DNA of 62,652 nucleotides from Deltaproteobacteria bacterium (GTDB lineage Bacteria; Desulfobacterota; GWC2-55-46; UBA9637), in NCBI GenBank assembly GCA_016219285.1, contig JACRNJ010000060.1:1-62652 (forward strand), given 5' to 3'. Position 1 is the first letter of the stretch. Every line of letters begins with the position of its first letter. The notes below the pieces were generated by a model that saw only the letters and a list, made by a program, of their open reading frames with translations, had not been told where the DNA came from and did no database searches. A program made the translations under genes and the position numbers. This document shows positions 31,368 to 40,328 of this stretch, in pieces.

Positions 31368-31553
31368 TTACTTTTTAAAATATGCCTCAGCCTTGTTACT
31401 CCTTTTACTCCTTAAATTTCTTATAACCTCTACCCTGTCTCTAAGTCCTTCCACTATTTTTATTTTCTCGTCAATAGATAATTTTACCAATTCCTTTCGC
31501 CTTTCCTCTTTTATTTTCAAGCAATTCTCTTTTGTCCATTCCATAATATTCAA
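31368..31553 (-). CDS. small basic hypothetical protein, coupled to the upstream nucleotidyltransferase
   Basis: 61 aa, ATG overlaps the upstream stop; KEERRKELVKLSIDEKIKIV helical pattern. Confidence 0.6.
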   Translation of the reverse strand: MNIMEWTKENCLKIKEERRKELVKLSIDEKIKIVEGLRDRVEVIRNLRSKRSNKAEAYFKK

Positions 31554-32062
31554 ACCTCTATCAGTTTTTTTATTTTTTCATATTTAACCGTTAGGTTATG
31601 TCTTGAAATTATATCCGCGAATACCGCTTCTTCATAGCATTTTTCTTTTATAAATTGTTCCAACCTTATCTTGTCTTTAGGTCTTCCGACATGTATACAT
31701 ATTGCCATCAGGTATTCTGCAGAAAATACCCTGACTGCTTGTCCCTCTATTACTTCTATTCTTGCTTTTTCCAATGCCTCTTTTTCCAAACTTGTTGTTG
31801 CCGGTAAAAATTGAACAGGCCAACCATCTATTACCAGCCCTCCTTTTTTAAATTCTTTATATCCTTCTTCAGCCAAACTTCCGAACAGCGATGACAATGT
31901 AATGATTCCGCCTTCATGAGATTCAATATTTATAAATACATCCAAGTCTTCCGTTAATGCGGCTTCCAAATAAAAAAATGACGCCACCGCGCCGCCTATG
32001 GCGTAGTCTTTTATTACGCCTTTTTCTTTTAGCTTATTGATTGCCTGTATAGTGCGTTTCAT
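31550..32062 (-). CDS. Pol-beta-superfamily nucleotidyltransferase
   Basis: YAIGGAVA (GG/GS motif), TEDLDVF (DxD), C-terminal GRPKD. Confidence 0.75.
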   Translation of the reverse strand: MKRTIQAINKLKEKGVIKDYAIGGAVASFFYLEAALTEDLDVFINIESHEGGIITLSSLFGSLAEEGYKEFKKGGLVIDGWPVQFLPATTSLEKEALEKARIEVIEGQAVRVFSAEYLMAICIHVGRPKDKIRLEQFIKEKCYEEAVFADIISRHNLTVKYEKIKKLIEV

Positions 32063-32223
32063 CCTACTCCCTCAACATAATGTCTGCCGACATTGAAGTT
32101 TTGGATATGCTCGGCAAGTTTGTCAAGATTCATATCCTCTACTATTTCTTTAGCCTTTTCCTCATTTTGAGCCTCAACTTCAACATGTCCAGCGAATTCA
32201 AAATCTACAAAGAATTTGGGCAT
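32059..32223 (-). CDS. 54-aa small protein, DpnD/PcfM-like (not in ORF track)
   Basis: MPKFFVDFEFAGHVEVEAQNEEKAKEIVEDMNLDKLAEHIQNFNVGRHYVEGVG*; GGAGG RBS; stop overlaps the next ATG (ATGA). Confidence 0.7.
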   Translation of the reverse strand: MPKFFVDFEFAGHVEVEAQNEEKAKEIVEDMNLDKLAEHIQNFNVGRHYVEGVG

Positions 32224-32245
32224 AAAACACCTCCATAATAATTGC

Positions 32246-32497
32246 TTATGACATTAACCCACCGCCACCCTCATCGCCTCTTGTTTTTGCACTTTCCCAT
32301 CCAGTCTGGCCAAGTATACTTATAGATTTTGGTGGGTTTAGTTTTTTAAAAATATCAGTTTTGGGTTTGCATGCAACTTCAAAAGGACATTCTTTGAGAT
32401 TTGGCAATAATGGATTATCACCGGAAACAAAATTAGATTTTTCAATTACTATATATCCTTGAGTATCTGTACAAGGCAATATTTTATATGATTTCAT
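32246..32497 (-). CDS. hypothetical protein (83 aa)
   Basis: Co-oriented ORF starting 3 nt after the upstream stop; no recognisable motif. Confidence 0.4.
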   Translation of the reverse strand: MKSYKILPCTDTQGYIVIEKSNFVSGDNPLLPNLKECPFEVACKPKTDIFKKLNPPKSISILGQTGWESAKTRGDEGGGGLMS

Positions 32498-32500
32498 AAT

Positions 32501-33235
32501 TTACAAGGCAAGACTGCTTTCTAATGTCGCAAGTTCATTCATTCTTGCATGCCAACTTGAAACATCATCATAGCTAAGAAATTTAGCTCTATTGTGAATA
32601 GGCCTAAAAACTTCTAAAGACAATTTTGCTTCAAATTCTTTTTTCCTGACTTCAGCAGCCACTATGCGAAAGTCAGTATAGAAATCTTGGAGTTCGACAA
32701 ACTTTGAAAGAGAATTCTTAATATCAGTTGAATGTTCAACCTCAAAAAGCATGGTAGGCATTTTCCGGACATTAAACCATATCACATCCACTGAACGTAT
32801 CCTTTGTATGATGTGTTCATATGTAAATCTATAACATTCGGCAGCAGTAGTAATTTCTCCGAGTTTTTTACCCAAATATGCATTATTCTTATCTTGATTT
32901 GGCACAAAGGTTTCATATTTCTTTAAATTGCCAATTTCTACAATTATGCCCTGAAAGTAAGTATGATTGAACTCTTCCTGTTTTTGTTTAGGAACATCTC
33001 GTGGAGGCAATATGTCAAAAGGCAACTTGTTTTTATAAGAGTTTAGTGCCCAAAGTCCAGGTCTTATCTTGAAGAAATATCTTTCATTCTGTACTATCCT
33101 TCTAATACTTGCAAATGGAGTTTTTGTTTTCCATTCGCAACCTGCTATTTTCAAGACATTTTGATTAAGAAAGCCCAGCGTGGCATAGCCCCCCTTTTCT
33201 TCCATAACTTTTATAACTGCTTCATGTTGTCGCAT
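32501..33235 (-). CDS. winged-HTH (HARE-HTH-like) plus PD-(D/E)XK restriction-endonuclease-like protein
   Basis: N-terminal KTKTPFASIRRIVQ..FFKIRPGLWAL; C-terminal H..FQG, VDVIWF..FEVEHST nuclease-type motif. Confidence 0.7.
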   Translation of the reverse strand: MRQHEAVIKVMEEKGGYATLGFLNQNVLKIAGCEWKTKTPFASIRRIVQNERYFFKIRPGLWALNSYKNKLPFDILPPRDVPKQKQEEFNHTYFQGIIVEIGNLKKYETFVPNQDKNNAYLGKKLGEITTAAECYRFTYEHIIQRIRSVDVIWFNVRKMPTMLFEVEHSTDIKNSLSKFVELQDFYTDFRIVAAEVRKKEFEAKLSLEVFRPIHNRAKFLSYDDVSSWHARMNELATLESSLAL

Positions 33236-33238
33236 TAT

Positions 33239-33541
33239 TTAGAACCCCAAAATCAAATCATTAAAATTATCATCTTCTATAAATAATGTTCCTGATACAT
33301 TATTAAGATGTGTGTTCATTTGTATTGGGTTTGACAAATCAGCATATATAGTTTTTTCTTCTATAAAGTTGCCAATAAAATCTACTGCAATGGTATCAAA
33401 CTCTTTTCGTTTGTTTAACATGCGAATATCTTTCTTCTTTTTATAAACAATGCTTACTTCTTGTATTGGACCAGCAGCCCCACAATATTTATTAAATAAC
33501 CCTTCGTTTAATAATTTGTAAAATTCACTTTTCTTTATCAT
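33239..33541 (-). CDS. hypothetical protein (100 aa, AT-rich)
   Basis: ORF ends 3 nt before the nuclease gene start; no motif recognised. Confidence 0.5.
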   Translation of the reverse strand: MIKKSEFYKLLNEGLFNKYCGAAGPIQEVSIVYKKKKDIRMLNKRKEFDTIAVDFIGNFIEEKTIYADLSNPIQMNTHLNNVSGTLFIEDDNFNDLILGF

Positions 33542-33581
33542 GTAGCTATAGTGAAAGTAATAAATAACTTGCCATTTTTTC

Positions 33582-33750
33582 TGTCATTCCCACAGTCTTT
33601 AAGCGGGAACCCAGAGTCTTTCTGTTTTCGCCAGTATCGCAAAAGACACTGGATGCCTCCCCGAATGTCTCTATCGGGGATAGAAGCATTCGGGCATGAC
33701 AGTTATTAAATTTTCATCCCTCTTTGTGAGCCAACGGCTCATGGATGTTT
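33582..33750. repeat. composite REP-like palindromes (TGTCATTCCC..GGGCATGACA with nested CCCCGA..TCGGGG)
   Basis: TGTCATTCCC-N-GCGGGAACCCAG ... CTGGATGCC ... GGGCATGACA, inner TCCCCGAATGTCTCTATCGGGGA (33658-33680), then TGAGCCAACGGCTCA. Confidence 0.75.
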
Positions 33751-33839
33751 CATAATACCAATCTTATTTAGTTCACACCTTTAACTTAAAAGTCTTGTAA
33801 TAGAAAAATTGGGACAGCGCAACCATTCATTACCAGTCA

Positions 33840-34250
33840 TCAAATCAGTTTGCTCTCCGACAAATAATTCCGAATGGCCTTGATAAATCCCTCGGCTTTA
33901 TCTATGAAAGGTTCTACCTGTTCATAAGTAAGCTCTACATATTCCCTATAATCTCCTCGTTGGCGCATGTCAAAGGCAATATTCACAGCTTCGCCAATAT
34001 CATTTGGCAATAGACCACTTTTGATAAATCTACTGTTAAAGTAGGATAAAACTCCGCTGTGTTTTGAGGATGTATAAGGCTCAAATATAAGTAGGCCGAG
34101 GATGGCATAAAACATTGCATAGTAAACTCTATTTATTACAGACCTTGAACTTTTTCTGCCGGATAAAAGATATTTCGCCTCATCAAGGGTTTCTGAGGCT
34201 TGTTTCAGGCGATAAATGGCCAGTTCGCGCCTTTTCTCATCGGAGGTCAA
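33840..34250 (-). CDS. HEPN domain protein (UPF0332-like)
   Basis: NRVYYAMFYA, SKHSGV, MRQRGDY; overlaps the MNT stop by 4 nt. Confidence 0.88.
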   Translation of the reverse strand: MTSDEKRRELAIYRLKQASETLDEAKYLLSGRKSSRSVINRVYYAMFYAILGLLIFEPYTSSKHSGVLSYFNSRFIKSGLLPNDIGEAVNIAFDMRQRGDYREYVELTYEQVEPFIDKAEGFIKAIRNYLSESKLI

Positions 34251-34570
34251 AGAGGGATTCCCTCCCTTTCTATAATCCTGTATAACGGCGATTGGTCAAG
34301 CGGACCTTCTTCTAACTCCTTCTTGCTGAAAAGCACTGCGGATATAAAACAGTCATATTGTAAATTGATATTGAATATAGCTTTATCAACATCAGCCTCA
34401 ATCCGCGGGTTTAATTCAGATAGTTCAATCATTATGTCTATATCAGATTCAGGGGTGTCATCCTCCCTTGCTTTTGAGCCGAACACGCGAAAATCGAGAA
34501 GGCTATATTTTTCGCTTAAAATCTTCTTTAGCTCCCCAATAGCACTTTTTTCTGATTGTTTTAATGACAT
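34247..34570 (-). CDS. minimal nucleotidyltransferase (MNT) antitoxin
   Basis: VFGSKARED..ESDIDI, IEREGI. Confidence 0.9.
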   Translation of the reverse strand: MSLKQSEKSAIGELKKILSEKYSLLDFRVFGSKAREDDTPESDIDIMIELSELNPRIEADVDKAIFNINLQYDCFISAVLFSKKELEEGPLDQSPLYRIIEREGIPL

Positions 34571-34657
34571 AGGATACCTTTTTAGATACCGGTAAAGTAA
34601 AGATTACCACATCGTTATCGTGCTAATCAATCTGAAGCAGCTCCTTACAACCTCTCC

Positions 34658-35560
34658 CTACCCCCTCTTCAAGCCATCCCTTACTGTTTTTGCCTTTTCA
34701 AATTCCTTTTGAAGCCCCTCTCCATCGCTATCTTTTATCATCTCCTCCAGCCCTTTAAGCGTCTCCTGAAATCTCCGGACAACATCAAGTATGGCATCTT
34801 TGTTTAAAAGGCAGATGTCCCGCCACATCTCAGGCGGGCTTGAGGCAATGCGGGTAAAATCCTTAAAGCCACCTGCCGAATATTTTATAATGCTTTCATT
34901 GAAATCATTTCCCCGATTAAAGCCTTCGGGGACATGTATATTGCTTACAGTGTTTACAAGGCCGTAGGCAACCACATGCGGCAGATGGCTTACAGCGGCA
35001 AGGATTTTGTCGTGTTTTTCGGCATCCATGACGATTACTTCAGAGCCTGCAATCTCCCATAACCTTTTTACCTTTTGAAGCGCGGTCTTGTTCGTTTTTT
35101 TTGTCGGGGTAATAATACATTTTCTGTTTTGAAATAACGCGGGGAATGCCGCCTCTACACCGGCATTTTCAGTGCCTGCTATCGGGTGTCCGCCCACAAA
35201 GCGGATTGTATCAGGAAGGATTTTTTCTATCTCATCAACAATGTTTTTCTTGACGCTTCCGACATCTGTGACTATTGCGCCTTTCTTGAGACAAGGCAGC
35301 GCCTCTTTTATAACCTTTGCAATGCTTGCGACAGGTATGGCAACCACAACAAGGTCTGCATCCCGGACGCCTTCTCTTGCATCCTGCGTATATGAATCAA
35401 CAACACCGAGTTTTTTTGCAGTCTCAAGATTTTTCAGCCCCCTGCCGATGCCGACAATATTTTTTGCAATCCCCCTCTCTCTCAAAATAATTGCAAGAGA
35501 GCCGCCGATAAGACCTACACCGATTATGGCAACTTTATTAAAGTGTATATCTCTTTTCAT
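34658..35560 (-). CDS. tyrA: prephenate/arogenate dehydrogenase
   Basis: GVGLIGGS, TDVGSVK, GGHPIAG, HD..LAAVSHLPH, DFTRIA. Confidence 0.95.
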   Translation of the reverse strand: MKRDIHFNKVAIIGVGLIGGSLAIILRERGIAKNIVGIGRGLKNLETAKKLGVVDSYTQDAREGVRDADLVVVAIPVASIAKVIKEALPCLKKGAIVTDVGSVKKNIVDEIEKILPDTIRFVGGHPIAGTENAGVEAAFPALFQNRKCIITPTKKTNKTALQKVKRLWEIAGSEVIVMDAEKHDKILAAVSHLPHVVAYGLVNTVSNIHVPEGFNRGNDFNESIIKYSAGGFKDFTRIASSPPEMWRDICLLNKDAILDVVRRFQETLKGLEEMIKDSDGEGLQKEFEKAKTVRDGLKRG

Positions 35561-35591
35561 TTCCGTATTATCTTATAATTAACAACTTGCT

Positions 35592-35770
35592 CCAAAAATC
35601 AATGTCTATTTTGGGGTTGCTGGTTCATGCTCAAAAATTGCCCAGATGCAAGGCGCTGTAGTTTGCCGATTTATCGGCGCTTTTAAAGACGCCCATGAAT
35701 GGGCAAGTTACAGATATGTGAGCAGCGCAGCGACGAAGGCAACACGGCAGATGGGTATTCAGCATTAACT
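35592..35770 (+). repeat. isolated family-A end hairpin (35592-35616) followed by MITE family B copy 2 with nested REP doublet
   Basis: CCAAAAATCAATGTCTATTTTGGGG, then GTTCATGCTCAAAAATTGCCCAGATGCAAGGCG-GTAGTTTGCCGATTTATCGGC.. Confidence 0.8.
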
Positions 35771-36782
35771 ACATCTTCCTTCCAACTGCCTCAGCTATCT
35801 TTTTAAGTTCTTTCATCAAAACCGCAAACTTATCCGGTTGTAAAGACTGCGCCCCGTCACAAAGTGCATTTTCAGGGTCTGAGTGAACCTCTATCATAAG
35901 GCCGTCAGCTCCAGCTGCAATCGCAGCCTTTGCCATAGGCGCAACCATACCCCATCTCCCGACAGCATGGCTCGGGTCTACTATTACCGGCAGGTGGGTT
36001 TCCTCCTTGATCACAGGTATTGCGCTTAAATCAAGGGTATTCCTAACCGATGTCTCAAATGTCCTTATGCCCCTTTCACAAAGTATTATTTTGTGATTAC
36101 CTTCTGCAGCAATGTATTCTGCAGACATCAGAAACTCCTTGAGTGTGGCAGATAAACCTCTTTTTAGCAGCACGGGCTTATCCACCCTTCCTACCTCTGT
36201 CAAGAGCCTGAAATTCTGCATATTCCTTGCGCCTATCTGGATTATGTCTGTATGTTGATAGATAATATCAAGATCCCTCGGATCCATAATCTCAGTCACA
36301 ACAGGCATCCCTGTCTTTTTCTTTGCCTCTGCAAGGTATTTCAGACCTTCTTCACCAAGCCCCTGGAACGCATATGGAGATGTCCTCGGCTTGAAAGCCC
36401 CGCCTCGCAAAAACCGCGCCCCTGCTTTTTTCACCTTTTTTGCAGCATCAAACAATAATTCTTTGGTTTCTATACTGCAGGGACCTGCAATTATCTGCAC
36501 CTGTCTGCCTCCAATCTTAATACCATCCACATCTATCACGGTATCCTCTCGCCTAAATTCCCTGCTAACCAATTTATACGGCTTTAGTATAGGCATAACC
36601 TTCTCTACACCTGGCAAAACCTCAAGAGGCAGCCCCTCGAGTACTGACTCATCTCCTATCACACCAAGTATTGTCCTTTCCTTACCCTTTGAGATATGCA
36701 CCGATAGACCAAGGCCCTTAACCCTTTCAACTATATGGTCAATCTGCTCCCTGGTTGCATCAGGTCTTAAAACAATAATCAT
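35769..36782 (-). CDS. aroF: 3-deoxy-7-phosphoheptulonate (DAHP) synthase, type I-beta with ACT domain
   Basis: IAGPCSIE, GGAFKPRTSPY, QIGARNMQN, CERGIRTF, DPSH. Confidence 0.96.
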   Translation of the reverse strand: MIIVLRPDATREQIDHIVERVKGLGLSVHISKGKERTILGVIGDESVLEGLPLEVLPGVEKVMPILKPYKLVSREFRREDTVIDVDGIKIGGRQVQIIAGPCSIETKELLFDAAKKVKKAGARFLRGGAFKPRTSPYAFQGLGEEGLKYLAEAKKKTGMPVVTEIMDPRDLDIIYQHTDIIQIGARNMQNFRLLTEVGRVDKPVLLKRGLSATLKEFLMSAEYIAAEGNHKIILCERGIRTFETSVRNTLDLSAIPVIKEETHLPVIVDPSHAVGRWGMVAPMAKAAIAAGADGLMIEVHSDPENALCDGAQSLQPDKFAVLMKELKKIAEAVGRKM

Positions 36783-36801
36783 AAAGAACCTCCATGTATG
36801 A

Positions 36802-36873
36802 CGTTATCCGTGTCCGTTGTCCGTGTCCGTTAAAGGCTTTTTTACGGTCACGGTTCACGGTCACGATTCACGG
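36802..36873. repeat. inverted array (CCGTGT)/(TCACGG)
   Basis: gttatccgtgtccgttgtccgtgtccgtt ... acggtcacggttcacggtcacgattcacgg; supplies the hisC C-terminus and stop. Confidence 0.85.
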
Positions 36874-37963
36874 TCTTTTTAAGCGCTTTTACAAACCTCT
36901 TATTCTCCTCCGGCAGTCCCACTGTCACACGGATGTATTCTCCAAGCCCGTAACTACCCATCGGTCTGACAATCACACCCTGTCTTAAAAGCGCATCGTA
37001 AATCTCTTTGCCTTTGCCAACTTTTATCAAGAAAAAGTTTGCCTGGGTTGGGATATATTCAAAACCCATGGCCTTAACCTCATTGAAAAGATATTCAAGC
37101 CCATCTTTATTATTCTTATGCGATTTTTTTAAGTGTTCATTATCATCCAGCGCAGCCATTGCCGCAATCTGTGCAAGACTGTTCACATTAAATGGCTGCC
37201 TTACCTTGTTCATATAGAAGTTGAGCTTTTCAGGCGCAATGCCGTAGCCGATGCGCAAGCCTGCAAGACCGTAAATTTTGGAAAATGTCCTGAGTATCAC
37301 CAGATTCTTGCCGCTGTTCAAATAATCCAATGAATCGGGAAAATCCTTGTCTGTAACAAATTCGTAATACGCCTCATCCAGAACAATAATTATGCCATCA
37401 TCACGCAGCCTGCTTATAAATTTATCAACCTGCGCCTTTGTATTCATTGTGCCTGTGGGATTGTTCGGATTAGCAATGAACACCAATTTTGTCTTTTCGG
37501 TTATCGCATTAAACATTGCATCCAAATCGTGCGTCAGATTTTTCAAAGGCACAAGTATACTTTTTCCGCCGGCAGCAGGCACAACCAGCGGATAAACCGC
37601 AAAGGATGGATTGCCCATGACAGCCTCATCGCCAGGCCTTAAAAATGTCCGGATGATAAGTTCAATGATTTCGTTGGAGCCGTTGCCTATTATGAGATTT
37701 TCCGGCCTGACTTTAAGATGCTGTGCAAGTTTTTCCTTTAAATAAAAACACCCTCCGTCAGGATACCTGTGGAGATTCTTCAACGCCTTGGATACAGCAT
37801 CCACGGCCTTTGGTGAAGGCCCAAGAGGATTTTCATTTGAAGCGAGTTTTATGGAATTTTTGATTCCCAGCTCCCGCTCAAGCTCTTCCATAGGCTTGCC
37901 AGGCGGATATGGAACTAAGGCCTCAATTTCATCGGATACGAGTTTTTTTACTGATACTACCAT
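36848..37963 (-). CDS. hisC: histidinol-phosphate aminotransferase
   Basis: KLASNENP, GNGSNE, NPNNPTG, DEAY, RTFSKIYGLAGLRIG. Confidence 0.96.
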   Translation of the reverse strand: MVVSVKKLVSDEIEALVPYPPGKPMEELERELGIKNSIKLASNENPLGPSPKAVDAVSKALKNLHRYPDGGCFYLKEKLAQHLKVRPENLIIGNGSNEIIELIIRTFLRPGDEAVMGNPSFAVYPLVVPAAGGKSILVPLKNLTHDLDAMFNAITEKTKLVFIANPNNPTGTMNTKAQVDKFISRLRDDGIIIVLDEAYYEFVTDKDFPDSLDYLNSGKNLVILRTFSKIYGLAGLRIGYGIAPEKLNFYMNKVRQPFNVNSLAQIAAMAALDDNEHLKKSHKNNKDGLEYLFNEVKAMGFEYIPTQANFFLIKVGKGKEIYDALLRQGVIVRPMGSYGLGEYIRVTVGLPEENKRFVKALKKTVNRDREP

Positions 37964-37974
37964 ACATTGCCTCT

Positions 37975-39075
37975 CTATTGTTTTAAGCCGCCCTTTGGAT
38001 ATGACCCCATTATCTTCATAAAAGAACATTTGGTCTCCAGTTCTTTAATAGACTTGGATACTTTGCTGTCTGATACATGCCCATCCATATCTACAAAAAA
38101 TATATACTCCCACGCCTTGCCCTTCTGCGGTCTGGATTCAATCTTGGTAAGGTTGATTCCTCTCTCAGCGAACGGTTTAAGTATCTCGTATAATGCGCCA
38201 GGCATATCCTTGACTGCAAACATAACCGAGGTCTTATCATCGCCGCTCTTATCAGGATTCTTTTTCCCGATTACAAGAAATCGTGTAAAGTTGTTTGAAT
38301 GGTCCTCTATCTTCCGCTCAACTACTTGCAAGTCATATAACGTGGCAGCAAACTCACTTGCTATGGCCGCACTGGACAGATCTTCACTTGAGGTCTGAGC
38401 CGCCATAGCAGTGGATGACACATCAAACAGAGGAACATCTGGGAAACGCCCCCTTAGCCATTCTTTGCACTCTGCAATAGCGTGGGGATGAGAGTATATT
38501 TTTTTTACATCATGTATCTTGCCTGTCCTGTTTAGAAGAGAGAGTGAGACTTCCATGGTTATCTCACCGCAAATCTTTATATCAGATGTCACAAACATAT
38601 CGATGGTATGGCTCACGACGCCTTCGGTTGTATTTTCTATGGGAACCACGCCGAAATCAACCTTGCCACGTTCAACATCGTCAAAAATGTCTGCAATATC
38701 TTTCTCGGGAATAAATTCAGCGGAAAGGCCAAAAAAGTGCATGCACGCTTGATGGGTAAAGGTAGCCTTTGGCCCAAGATAGGCTACATGCAATGGCTTT
38801 TCCAACGAAAGCGATGCGGACATTATCTCCCTGAATACATTCCTTAATGCCTGATTTGGGAACGGTCCTGTATTATTCCGGATCAACCTCTGGTATATCT
38901 CCTTTTCTCTTGCAGGAACATAGAAATCCCTCTTCCCCTCTAATTTTACTTTGCCAACCTCAATTACAAGAGATGCCCTCTTATTTAAGAGCTCAAGCAG
39001 TTTATCATCAATATTATCTATTTTTGATCTTATATTTTTTATTTTTTTTAAGTCGCCCAAGTCGCTTTGCTCCAT
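37975..39075 (-). CDS. pheA: chorismate mutase/prephenate dehydratase
   Basis: N-terminal CM domain, YLGPKATF, VPIENTTEG, NFTRF, INLTKIESRP. Confidence 0.96.
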   Translation of the reverse strand: MEQSDLGDLKKIKNIRSKIDNIDDKLLELLNKRASLVIEVGKVKLEGKRDFYVPAREKEIYQRLIRNNTGPFPNQALRNVFREIMSASLSLEKPLHVAYLGPKATFTHQACMHFFGLSAEFIPEKDIADIFDDVERGKVDFGVVPIENTTEGVVSHTIDMFVTSDIKICGEITMEVSLSLLNRTGKIHDVKKIYSHPHAIAECKEWLRGRFPDVPLFDVSSTAMAAQTSSEDLSSAAIASEFAATLYDLQVVERKIEDHSNNFTRFLVIGKKNPDKSGDDKTSVMFAVKDMPGALYEILKPFAERGINLTKIESRPQKGKAWEYIFFVDMDGHVSDSKVSKSIKELETKCSFMKIMGSYPKGGLKQ

Positions 39076-39168
39076 TTTAGATTTACGATTTTAGATTTAC
39101 GATTATTCCCACTTATTAAAGGGGGCAAGGGGGTTTATTCGTAATTCGTAAATCGTAATTCGTAAATC
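39076..39168. repeat. inverted heptamer array (TTTACGA)/(TCGTAAA) with central CCC..GGGGG insert
   Basis: tttagatttacgattttagatttacgatt [attcccacttattaaagggggcaagggggttt] attcgtaattcgtaaatcgtaattcgtaaatc. Confidence 0.9.
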
Positions 39169-39187
39169 AGGTTATAATTTGCAATTT

Positions 39188-40174
39188 TTAAATCACTGCC
39201 TCGTAAAACTTTCCCATCTCCCTATATTTCTTATACCTCATATCCAGCAGTTCATCCTGAGAAAATTTCCTCAAATCCTGAAGCAACCTTACAAGCGCCT
39301 CTTTCAAGGTTTTTGCCATTGTTTCTATATCCTGATGAGCGCCGCCAAGCGGCTCTTTTATTATCTCATCACTTATTTCAAGCCTATAAAGGTCTTTTGC
39401 TGTCATCTTGAGAGCCCTTGCAGCAACATCTGCCTTGCTTCCATCTTTCCAGAGTATTGCAGCGCATCCCTCAGGGGAGATTACCGAATATGTTGAATAC
39501 TCCAGCATCAGGACCCGGTCGCCGACACCGATTGCCAACGCACCGCCGCTGCCGCCTTCGCCTATAACTGCAACAATGATAGGAACCTTAAGCCTTGACA
39601 TAACCATAATATTTTTGGCAATCGCCTCTGCCTGTCCCCTCTCCTCTGCGCCTATGCCTGGGAAAGCGCCTGGCGTATCTATAAATGTTATAATTGGTTT
39701 TTTAAGTCTCTCAGCCATGCTCATCAGTCTGATTGCCTTTCTATAACCCTCTGGATTAGGCATACCAAAATTCCTGAAGACCTTTTCCTTTGCTGTCCTC
39801 CCTTTCTGGTGGCCTATAACCATGACAGGCTCATTCTCAAGCATTGCGAGGCCTCCAACTATAGCAGGATCATCCCTGAAATTTCTGTCGCCGTGCAGCT
39901 CAATAAAATCAGTAAATACCCTCTGCGTGTAATCCAGTGTGTATGGCCTGAGCGGATGTCTTGCAAGCTGCATTATCTGCCACGGCGTAAGGTTTGAGAA
40001 TATATCTTCCTGAAGTTTTTTTGCCTCTGCGCTAAGCCTTTCTATCTCGGACAAACAAGATATATGCCCCGCACTATCAGCCTTCTCACCCAAGGCTGTT
40101 TGCTTGAGTTCTTCTATCTTCTTCTCCAGTTCAACCACCGGTTTTTCGAATTCTAAGAATTGCTGAAGCGCCAT
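39188..40174 (-). CDS. accA: acetyl-CoA carboxylase carboxyltransferase alpha subunit
   Basis: [46 protein letters not shown]. Confidence 0.97.
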   Translation of the reverse strand: MALQQFLEFEKPVVELEKKIEELKQTALGEKADSAGHISCLSEIERLSAEAKKLQEDIFSNLTPWQIMQLARHPLRPYTLDYTQRVFTDFIELHGDRNFRDDPAIVGGLAMLENEPVMVIGHQKGRTAKEKVFRNFGMPNPEGYRKAIRLMSMAERLKKPIITFIDTPGAFPGIGAEERGQAEAIAKNIMVMSRLKVPIIVAVIGEGGSGGALAIGVGDRVLMLEYSTYSVISPEGCAAILWKDGSKADVAARALKMTAKDLYRLEISDEIIKEPLGGAHQDIETMAKTLKEALVRLLQDLRKFSQDELLDMRYKKYREMGKFYEAVI

Positions 40175-40192
40175 CTTGTCACCCCTGAGAAA

Positions 40193-40317
40193 CAAATTCC
40201 AAATCTCAAATTACAAATAATATCCAATGGCCAAATCACAACAACCAAACTTTTTTTAAAATTGAAATTTTAGTCATTGGAATTTATTTGGGTTTTGGAG
40301 TTTATAATTTGGAATTT
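40193..40317. repeat. inverted heptamer array
   Basis: caaattccaaatctcaaattacaaat ... attggaatttatttgggttttggagtttataatttggaattt. Confidence 0.8.
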
Positions 40318-40328
40318 CTGTTTGCATT

